Of a DNA stretch of 64,000 bases, positions 37,301 through 47,702 are shown one piece after another. This DNA comes from Anthoceros angustus. Its lineage: Eukaryota; Plantae; Anthocerotophyta. The notes under the pieces are model-generated. The model ran no database searches. It was not told the origin of the DNA and saw nothing but the letters and a program-made list of their open reading frames with translations. The translations under genes were made by a program, and so were the position numbers. The number at the start of each line of letters is the position of its first letter. The stretch's first letter is position 1. The stretch is from assembly GCA_010909165.1 (NCBI GenBank), contig VJWM01000302.1, forward strand, positions 1 through 64,000, given 5' to 3'.

Positions 37301-38122
37301 AATGTGTGGGGCAAGTACAATCCTGCCCCTTCCTCCATCTCCGCGGGGCGGCGCCTAAAGTCCTGTTACCTTCCATCAATCGCGCCCCCTCCCGCGCACC
37401 TAGGCGCCCTTTTCTCCAGCCTCCGCCGCCTGGTCGCGCCCCGTTCATCAGCACCCTACCGCGGTAGTCGGCGGACTACGTGTGTCTGATCCCTTTTCCT
37501 TCTTTCTCCATCGGTGAGGACTTCTGGGTCAAGATCTCCATTGCTCTTTGCCTTCTGTTTGGTTTGTCCATACCATAGAGCATCTTTAAAGAGTCTTCTT
37601 CCCCAATTGTCACCATGTCTAACTTCTCGGGCCTTTTTGCATTGGTCTCTCTCGGCCCTGGCTCCTCCCTTATCGTGGGGAGGAACTTCTCACCCTCCTT
37701 CCTCGGGGTGGTCGTCCAGTCTCCTCCGGTGGGGTTGTCTCTCCCACCTCAGCTGCTCCTCGGTATACTACGGACCCCGGCTCCTTCATCCTCGGCCGGG
37801 CCTCCTCGGCCCGGCCCGCTCCCGCCCGCGGCACACCACCCCGGTAGTCGCGGACTAGGCGTGGTGCTACCAGTGGCGGACTACCGTGGTTGGTCACCAC
37901 CATGTAGGTTGACCCCGGAGGGCTGTCCCCCTCCTTGCTCTTGCGCCATCTTCCACCTTTGGCGCTCGGCCTCCCTCATCTCGACTCCTCAGTTCCTCGA
38001 GTCCATTTTGATGGCCTCATCAAAATCGGAGGCCTCTGGCTGCACTGTTCGACTCCTTCATCATCATGAGGACCCAATGTCCTCCTCTTGGCCGCAAGAT
38101 TTCATTGTTGGCCTTCAAAATT

Positions 38123-40283
38123 CTATTGTGGAGGTGAGCCCCAAGCTATGATATTGCATTTGGAGATCATCAATCTCGTGGGCCACTCTCCATCTTCACA
38201 CCTACCTTTGTAGGCGTCCCTTGAGGTGGTCAATTCCCCCACCTTGACATGGAGGGTCACATTCTCCTCCCTCACTTCCTTTAGCTGGCTGGCCAATTTT
38301 GCCTGAAGGGCGTAGTCTGCCCAAAATCGCCGCTTCCTTACTACCAGCATTCGGTGCACCACCTTCTTGTGATGCTCCTCCTCTTGGAACCTCCTTTGTT
38401 CCAGCTCAGCCATTTGCTTGGCAAACTTTTCCTTCTCTTCCTGCCAAGCAGTCCTCTCGCGCTCCATTTCTTGCAGTTGTAGGTCTTGAGCTTCTAGCTC
38501 CGAGCGCTTCTCCTCCAAATTGAACCTGATCCTTCGCAATTCCTCTTCCATGTCCCGGATCTTGATGGCTTGGGTAGCCATCACCTGCTCCTGCGCTTCC
38601 AATTGCTGGACCGCTATCTCTCTCCTAGCCTCTGTTTTGCCCTTTCGTTCTTGCTCTAATTGGGCAAAGTGCTCCTCATATACATCTCCATGAATCCCGT
38701 TGGGTGGTGCCGAATAGCCCTCTCTTGACTGCGACACCTTCCCTTCAGGACTTTGCCGCCGCTCATCCATGAGGCGTTGGAGCTTCTCTGACCTTTTCCG
38801 GTTTGGCTGCCTTCTCGTCGGACTCCATGGCCTCCAATTGCCATTTGGTCCCTGCCTTCCTCCCATGTCTTGGGCTTTCACTTCCTCTTGGCCCACAAGG
38901 AGGCTGCTAGTCTCTAGCCCCTTCAAATCCACAGTGAGTGCTTCACAAGCACTCGGCCAATTCTCCTAGGGGTCCTAATTCCCTCACCTTCTTTGGAAAT
39001 TTCCAGCTCTCACGCCGTGGCCATCATGGCGGCCTTGGTCCCCTCACCGCTCCATCCGCTCTTCCTCCCAATGCGGTGGTGGCCTCGGCGCCCGCGCATG
39101 GCGCTTCTCTCCTTCCCTTCCCCTCCGCGGTTGCCACCGTGGGGTGCTGCTACCGGTGGGCTGTCCCCTCGGTGATGCTACCTACCCTCTGGCGGTGGTG
39201 ACTACCATGGTGGTCGCCCACCCTTGGGTGGGCGCCTCCCTGGGTGAGGTGCCGGGGTGCCTCTTAGGCACAAATGAGATGGTGGGGACTCCCCACCCTT
39301 GGAGCCATAGTTCTCCTCTCATAGAACCACTACTTGGCCTTCTTGGCGCTCTCCTTCTCCCTTGCTCTGTGGGAAAAGCCTCACTCCCGGTTGCCTCCAC
39401 TTCTCCTCCTCTAGCATGCTTGTGGAGTCGACCTCCCGTCTTCCGCAATGCAAAAGGCAAGGCCTTTCCAAGCTTGGTGGAGATGATGATCTCAGAAGGA
39501 TGCCAGCATCTTCAATTCCTTGAGAAGCCCTTCGGTTTCCACAAATGCACCAAATAGGTGCTGAGGTAGCTGGGCCCTTCCTCATCCACGAATTTGGCTT
39601 GAGGAGCTTTCTCGGTGGTGGATGTCCTCATTCATGGTGCAATCGCTTGGCTCCTCTTGAAATCTTCCACAAAATTGGAGGAAGTTGTGAAAATGCGTCC
39701 TTTGGTAATTTACCAACTGCACAATCTTTGCGAAGAGCCTCCACTTCAGCTCCTTGATGCTTTCTATCTTCCAGCCATTTTTGGCATGGGCCTTCACTCC
39801 TCCGTCCACCATGTCGAGGAGCTCCTGCGGAATTTCGGAAAGGGCCGTTCTCTTTCCTCCATTTGTCCTCTCGAGGAGGGCAATTCCAGAGCTCTCTTCC
39901 TCCGGTCTCCCATAGACCTGTCGAATGCTCCTTACGGTCCAGCAGCGGGGATCCGTTCGAGCATTTCTCTCCGGTAATGCGGCAAGGGCTGCCTCAGACT
40001 GATGAAGATTGATGAAACATTCTTCAATCAGCTCCAAATTGGTGTAGGCCCATTGGCGGCCATACACCCATCCCAATTGGATGTTATCCTCTTCTGCCCA
40101 CTGCCGAAAATCAACCAAATCCCGAGGGTTAAGCTGCCCAGCAAAGCAAGTGAATTGGGGCATCACAAGTTCACCTCCCCCTGGCGGCGCAGCCCCCGCT
40201 GCTGCCTTCTTTCCTTTTTCTCCTCGCGAGGAGGAGCCCTTGGCAGGCGGTTCCTTCCCCTTGCCTTTTCCAGCTCGAGGCAT
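38123..40283 (-). pseudogene. LTR-embedded accessory ORF of A2: conserved globular domain plus long coiled coil
   Basis: ORF 39582-40283 (233 aa) and ORF 38123-38932 (269 aa, heptad-rich E/K/R/Q), joined by frameshifted low-complexity sequence. Confidence 0.78.
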
Positions 40284-40997
40284 GGTGCCTTTCTCTTCTC
40301 CAAATGCTTCAAAGGAAGGGAATTACTCTCCGAATTGGCAATCTCGAGGCTTGCTCTCAAACGCTCCTTCTCCCAGTCAGCAAACCCCTCATGAGGCACA
40401 ATTCCCACGTTAGGCTTGATGACGCTCCTACACTGCTGCCAATTTTCCTTGCGATTCCTCTCTTCAGGGCGGGGTGCCGCCGATGGGTGGTCGAGGTCCT
40501 CCTCCCTTCAACCGTCAATTTCCTCAACCTTGCGCCTTCTGCCCTTGACGTCTCCTTCCAATGCTCGCGGCGTTGAGGAGACTTCCCTCCTCTGGTGGCG
40601 CACAGCGTTCGGCGTTCTTCTCTCTCCTTCCTCCTCTTGGCGCTCAACTTGTGGCTAGGGTTCTCCCTCCCCTTCAGCTGGCGCGCAATCTCCTTTCCCT
40701 CCTTCGCGCTCCGTAGCGATGGCGATGGCGTTGGTGATAGCAACCTTCCTTTTCTCCCTCCGCCTTACGCTCCAGCTCCAGTCCCAGTTCTTCGCGAAGT
40801 GAGGATGCCTCCGTTCAAGAGTTGGCGCCCAAGCACTTTGCCCTCTTGGATGCACCACAGAGTTCCCAACCCTGGATCTGGTTCAACATTCTAAATTACC
40901 TAAGCCTTCCTAAATTACCTATTTTCCTGCCTTATCCGCTTCCCCAAATTAGTCACCTTCTAATTAATCCTATTTATCTACTCCCCTATTGGTGAGC

Positions 40998-41016
40998 ATA
41001 TATAGTGGATATCCCC
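40998..41016 (-). promoter_or_regulatory. Conserved TATA-like box upstream of the LTR-embedded ORF
   Basis: ATATATAGTGGATATCCCC is identical at 31790-31808 and similar at 1485-1513, in each case upstream of the minus-strand ORF. Confidence 0.5.
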
Positions 41017-43927
41017 TCATATTAATTTCTTTTTCCAGGTTAGTCAACCTACGTGATGCACTTACCACGGTGGTGCTTCTTTTCCGGCGTGGTGTGGCGA
41101 CCTACGGGTAGTCACGACCTACCGACTTCGGTGCCCTCACGCGCCAAATGCGCGTTTTGTTCTTCTTCACAGGATATCCTTTTCACTTCCTAACAATATT
41201 TTACAACTCCTTCAAGATTCTCGGAAGTTTTCTTGGCATGTTCCTTTTCAATCGGTCTTAGCGAAAAATCAAACACTTGTCCTTGGCGGTTTGAATGGTT
41301 GCCCAAACACTTTACGTTCCACACGAGTCTCGCGAGGACAGCCTCATTTTCTTGAATGGCGATGCTTTCATGCCTCGGCTCCGTCGTTTCAACTCATGCC
41401 CGACTTACGCCAGGCACGGCGTTCCCCCTGCTTTCATAGCTGGGCGGTAGCTTCTCTGCGTAGGCTCTTCTTCCGTTCATTCGGCACGGGCTCGCCATCT
41501 CTCTTTCGAGGCTGGCGATTCACTTGGTAGCGCTTCATCCAGTTCTTCTCCATCTGGCGTCTGCTCCTTGTTCCATGCCTTACCTCCTCGATGCCGGTGA
41601 GCGCTCTATCTCGCTCGTGATCGCGATCACCCGTGAAACCCGCGCTCGATTGTCTCTTAAATTGCGCTCAAGGTTTCCTGCGGTCTTCCATCTCTACCCG
41701 TTGCTCTTCCACCGCGCAAAGAGTCGGAGATCCTCCATCTCCTTATTGCTGGCCTCCTTCTCCCCTCATGACCCTAGCACCTCCGCCTCTGTTAGAGGCT
41801 AGCTGGCGGTCCTTGCCGTCTCCTCAGGTCAGGAGTCCCTTTAGTGATCACAGTCGGTTTTGGCACACTTCCTCTGCCGCCTTCACACCTCCCGCGGCTT
41901 GGTGTTGTTCGCCCTAACCCGCCTGAGGTGCCCTCTCACTTGCCCTCGGCCTCCTCTGCTTCCTTCTGCGCTGCCCCCTCCTTCTGGGTCCTCTGGTCTT
42001 GGGCCTCACAATGCGTGTGATTGTTCACTGGCGAAGGACCTTAATACAGTCTGCCCGAATGGACAGACCTCCTTGCCTCCCGCGCTTTCCCTCCTCAGTG
42101 GCGAGATTCGCCTTCTTCTTTGCCTCACAGGCCTCCATCGCTCACGGAGGAGCACCATCGCCTCCTTGTTGCCTCCACCTCAGGTCTTTTAGTCCCACGG
42201 GGCCAGGCGTCCATGGATGCCAAAACTCCCGCCGTGTCTCTTCCACGGCGCCCTGAGGCACCCAGAAGTCCGTCGTGGGTGCGGGCATCTCCCATCCAGG
42301 ACCGCCATAGTCCGGGCAGTCGGGCTCTCCGGACCTAATCGGGACCCTTAGGTCACAGTGCGAGTCAGGAGCCTCCTTGGCCCTCTTGGCGCCAATTCCT
42401 TCTCGCCCTCTTTCTCCACAGGGCTCGGAGGGTGAGGAGTTGAGAAGCGCGTTCCCTCTCCCGTCGGAGCAGGGCGGGCTCCGGATGTTGCGCGGTGGCC
42501 CCAGGCGTCCCTCTCTGCTCGCCTTCTGCCTCCTCTGCCTCTTGCCACTCAGGTGAGGCGGGCTGTGCGCTCCTTGGCGCTTTGTTGGTGGAGCCACCTT
42601 AGCCTCTTATTTTCGTTTCGTCCGGCGTGGCTCATTGCGGGTTGTGGCGGTTCTTTGGTGGCGTCGCCTTGACTCCCTTCCGTGGGTGCACCCGTCTGCT
42701 CGTCTCGGGAACCCGAGAAGGAGGCGGGAATATCCTCCCATACCTCTCGGGCGGCGGTGTCCGTTCCAGTCGAATGGAGTCCGGAATCCCCTCCCAATCA
42801 TCTTCCTCCCGGACCCGTTTGGCCTTGGGCGGTCGGACCGCCTCTGGCCTTCACCTTCACTCTGCCTTGGTGGTCGCCCAAGCGCTCCTCCTCTCCCTCC
42901 TTGAGGTTGGGGTAGCCCCACATGGATGAGGAAGGGGACAGCCGAAGGAGGCGGCTTCTCACTCCGTAGCTTCAGCTACAGGCAGTCAGGCGAGGATGAT
43001 TCCCCAATCGGTCCGTTTGCCTCGTTGGGCGTGCGGGAAAACCAGTTGTCACCAGGTGATCACCTTGGTGAGCATGTTCAATGGACAATGACCTTAGCCT
43101 TTGCCCTCACGCGCCTATCCAGTAGGTCGACATGACCATTGGACGACCGTGGGTCCACAGCCTCGGCATCGCTTCAGCTTCCACCTTCCTCTCACCTTGA
43201 GGGCTCGGAACTACACCCCAATCTCCTCCGAGGCGGTTGTATACCTCCCTCAGGACCTCCACGGTCCACCTCCCGGGGTCCTCCCTTAGGCTCTTGGAGC
43301 GTACCTCCTTATTGCAAGCGCCGGCATCTTCTGGCGTATTCACGGCAGGCGTGATCTTTGTCAAGCGTCAAGCTCTCAAAGATGTCAAGGTGCCACTTCT
43401 CCACCAGGTCCTGCCTCGCCAAGGTCAGTGGGATATCTCGGGTGGCGATGTTGCGCTCCACCGAGGCTCACACTTCGCCTTCTTGGGTCCCATTGCCGCC
43501 TTCTTTCCCCTCAGTGGGCAATTATGCATGATAAGCGGGCCTGCTCCTCTTCGCCCAGCGTTGCTCCAACCACAAGGTGAGCGGGTGCTGGGTGCGAGAT
43601 GCGCCCAACGGGGTGGCGGGCCCAGGCTAATCGTCGGTCAAATGGTCTCCCGAGCGGCGTCGGGAGTAGTCGCGGAGGCTGTCCCGCCGGTTGCCGTGGC
43701 AGCCAGTGCGCATGGCCTACTCCTTGCGATCGCTTCTGCGGCCTTACCCGGCGTATAACCTTCTGGCGCAGCGTACTCGGGCGTGACCAAGATAACGGCT
43801 CCTGGCAACCCTGCGGTCCTAACTGCATGCCGTCCTCCTCGAGTCCAACGTGGCACCACTGTCTAACTCACGCTCCAACAAGTTACTTTACTTGGGTCTT
43901 GTCCCATTTTGGATCCGGAGGGTCGAC

Positions 43928-46900
43928 TAAAGAATTTGTGGCCTAGGATCGCATGTGTGCAATGCGTGATGATCGTGCAAGATGAAAGCAAGGAGACAAG
44001 AGCAAGTTGGGATTGTAAGATGTTCAACTAATGCACGAAAAGGTGTCTTATACAAAAAGCGGTTATTATTGTTATTGATTGATTTATTAATTAACTAATA
44101 ATAAAACTAAACCTAATTCTAATTGTGACTTAAATCACTATTATGTTTTAACACATTTTGTTCAAATAAGCTATATTCCATTACTCCCACTTAGTTGCAA
44201 TTAGGAGTTAATTAATAAGCTTGAAAATATCTTGAAGATGAACTTCACTAGGAAGTGTACTCCCATTTGTATAAGCGAAAAGAGTTTTGACAAGTGTGAA
44301 ATAAACAATAAGGCTTCATCCAATCACCAAGCCAAATAAAGGTGAGAATCAACTAATGAGTCGCTTCTGCTTTGTTCACTGCGGTATAGTTTGTAGCCCA
44401 CCAAAGTATGCTTCTCATGTACTAGCTTTGGCAAAGCTTTGTCAAAAGATCAGCCACATTCTCAAGTATCAACATAGTCCACTATTACCTCTTTACTCTG
44501 CGCTTGTCTTATAAAATGATGAGCAATCTCAATATGCTTGCTCCTAGCATGAAAACCGGATTCTTCGATAAAGCAATGGCGTGGATTGTCGCAAAGCGAG
44601 TTGGTCCTTCATGAAGTGCTTAAGTCCACATAAGAAAGATCTAATCCAAATAACCTCTCTAGACTTGTGTCATAGCACCATATTCCTTGTAGAGGAAGAG
44701 ACAAATAGTGGTGAGCTTTTACTAGACCAAGAAATAACGATCCACCTAAAAACGTAGTGGTGCTACACTCGTCTAGTGTCCGGGTCTCCAATCGGCATCA
44801 CAAAAGGACATAAGCAAACCATCCGATTGCTTAGAAAACGTAAACCTTTGCGTCTGTTCCTTTGAGGTACCTAAAATCCTCTTCACGCAGCCCAATGTGG
44901 CAAGCGGGGTTCTCTAAAAATTGACTAACATTACTAAGCTGCGCGTGTGTCTAATCTAGTCCAACGATAGATAAATTAAACAACCAACGACATCGATAAG
45001 GCTTGAGTGCCATCTCAACTTTTCTTCTTCTCTTGTTGGGCATTGTTCCTTAGATAGCTTTTCACCTATAGACATAGGTGTCGTGATCGTGCATCCTCCA
45101 TCTTGAATCTCTTAAGTAGTTGATGTACAAAATGCTCTTGATGAATATCAATAGTATTATCACGGGTGTTAAAATGAAATTGAACACCAAGAGAAAATGA
45201 TAACTGCCCCAAATCAGTCATATCAAATCTCGCCAAAAGAACTGCTTTTATTTTTGCCATAAGAGTTGGTGAAGTGCTAAATAAAATATTATCATCAACA
45301 TAAACAGTTAAAATGATAAAATCATTGCCATCCCATAAAATATATACGCTGGTATCAGCGTCCAAACATGTGAAACCCAATTCTATGAGCAATGCATGAA
45401 ACACTTCATTCCATGCACGGAGGATCATTTAAGACCATAAAGTGTTTTAAAAGTGACACACTTTATTAGGGTCTATAATAAAACCTTCCTTGGGCCATGT
45501 AGATGACCTCATCTAAGGTGCCATTAAGAAAAGCGCTTACGCCTAATCGATGAGGAGATTGTAGTGAGCAGCAAGGGCCAAGAGTATTCTTATGGAGGTA
45601 GACTTAACAACTGGGGCAAATGTTTCATTGTAGTCTAGTCCGCTACTTGACTATAACCCTTTGCCACGAGGCGAGCCTTATACCTACCAACACTACCATC
45701 GATTAAGTTTCTTCTTGAAGACCCACTTACAAGCAACCTGGTTTTGCGACCGGAGGAGATCAACGAGAACCCAAGTTTTGTTAGAAATGAGAGATTGATA
45801 TTCGGACTCAATAGCCTTTTGCCAAAAGGAAGCTTCAGGCCCTTCAATTGCTTCTCTATAGGTGGCGGTTCACCTAATGATTCTACAACACTAAAAACAT
45901 AAGGAGGTGGAAAAAGGGATTCCTCACGAATACTGCGACATATGGAGGCTCTTTCCACTGACCTTGGAGGACGGTGTCTAGTGGAACGCGTACTTGAGGA
46001 GGCTCTTCATTGGCTTCATTAACGCCATCTGTCTTTGGATCAAGCACAATGATGTCATTAGCCACCGGATGTGCGGGTGAACATCATCAACTACAACCGT
46101 TGGAGCGACAGGGGTAATAGGAGCACAAGCCAAAGAGGAGTCATCCTCAAAAATAGTAACACAAGAATCATCAAACGCAAAAGAGTCAAGGTGGGTCCAA
46201 ACACCGATATAGATGCCGGAGGCATAGTTGCGCCGGAGGAAGTTGAGGAGCATGTTGACGAAGCAAAATATCTTCAAAAACCACACTTGGGAAATGGTCA
46301 CTGGCGTGTAATCGGATCAAACAACTTGTAACCCTTCACATCATCTGAGTAACCCACAAAAATTCTGACCGCCTTCAAATCCGATTATGACGAATAGTCA
46401 GAGGGACATAAGCATAAGCGGTGATCCAAAATACGTAGATGCCCTATACGGGCTTCTTTCCACCATCTCTCATAAGGAGTTGTCAATCCAAGCTCCTTAG
46501 TAGGCGATTGAGAACATAATTTGCACCATCAATGCCCCAATATCCACGAGAGGTCAAAAGTAAGAGAGGCCAAAGTAGCCTCTTGCGGTCCGTTTTTCCT
46601 CTCAAAGAAAGGAGTTCGAAAAGCGAGTATACGACAGTGAGTCGGTGTTGTATCCCTTCCAAAGAGCAAAATTCGAAAAGCATTGTGATGTATTCGCCGC
46701 CATTGTCATCACAGAAAATTTTAACCTTGTGACCTGTTTGCCGGGATGCCAACCGCACATAGGTTTGAAAACACATAAAAGCCTCGCTTTTATTTCTTAA
46801 CACATAAACAATACAATAGCGGCTCCATTCATCTATGAATGTAATAAAATAAGCAGCTCCTCCAAATGAGCTGGTGGACATAGGGCCACAAATATCACTA

Positions 46901-47343
46901 TGAATAGTATCCAAAAGGGCAGAGGCCCTTGTTGAGTGGAGATCCGTATATGGCTTAGAAAATGCTTTACTAAGTCGAGTGGAGTCACAAAAGGGGTGAC
47001 CAAGGGACATAGGTAAGTGGATCTCTAAAGTATCACCCTTCGTAAGAGATGCTAGACGCTGGAAATTTACGGGCGAGGCAGGGGCTCGATACCATAAAGA
47101 ATTTGTAGGCCTAGGATCGCAAAGAATGTAATGCGTGATGATCGTGCAAGATGAAAGCAAGGAGACAAAACAAGTTGGGATTGTAGATGTTCAACTAATG
47201 ACCGAAAAGGTGTCTATACAAAACGGGTTATTGTGATTGCTATTGACGGTTTATTAATTAACTAATAATAAAACTAAACCTAATTCTAATTTAAATCACT
47301 ATTGTGTTTTAACACATTTGTTCAAATAAGCTATATTCCATTA
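43928..47343 (-). mobile_element. Copia-3: internally deleted Copia (no gag/protease) with non-canonical TA...TA LTRs
   Basis: LTRs at 43928-44183 and 47095-47343; PBS 47084-47094; PPT 44184-44192; integrase IHSDICGP and DDNGGEY; RT YKARLVAKG and YVDD. Confidence 0.9.
44400..47080 (-). pseudogene. pol: Copia-3 integrase-RT-RNase H remnant
   Basis: ORFs 46483-47160, 45635-45958 and 45066-45428, plus RNase H fragments near 44450-44800. Confidence 0.88.
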
Positions 47344-47702
47344 CTGGACTTATCCGATGCATGTAGTCCGAAGGTCCTCCAGGCTGGGCTCGGTCCGATT
47401 ACCCCGAGTCAGTGCATCTGGGTCCGAAAGTGCCATCAGTGCTTCTTCCTCCCTTTCCGCCTTATTTTACACTCCATACCTCTGAAAAAATCAAACCCAG
47501 CTTATTTCCAACCCCAAGGGAGAGTCCGTCCACATACTCCCTTCTCATCACATTGGCCCGCCAACACCAGTATGGTACTTCTTCACCCGCCACCGTTTAC
47601 CCGGTGGAGCAGCGATTCACCATCTAGCGCCATGAGCGACCACATTCGCTGTAGACTGCACTACATGTGGCCCCATCCATCGCAAGTGAAGCTTGCCCGG
47701 GA

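Larger units (their letters stand above)
36320..41323 (-). mobile_element. A2: ~5.0-kb solo LTR of family A containing an accessory ORF
   Basis: TGTGG...CCACA termini; both ends match the A1 LTR ends; no gag/pol inside; the flanks are consecutive B-LTR sequence; no clean TSD recognisable. Confidence 0.8.

Noticed and set aside
36274-41275. Alternative A2 boundaries (TGTCACGG...AAACA with an apparent CTTGT duplication)
   Set aside because: Comparison with the A1 ends (26590 and 34448) and host collinearity place the termini at 36320 and 41323.
25781-43946. Numerous 60-180 aa Ser/Pro/Leu-rich ORFs in the ORF track
   Set aside because: They are antisense or off-frame shadows of GC-rich retroelement coding sequence.
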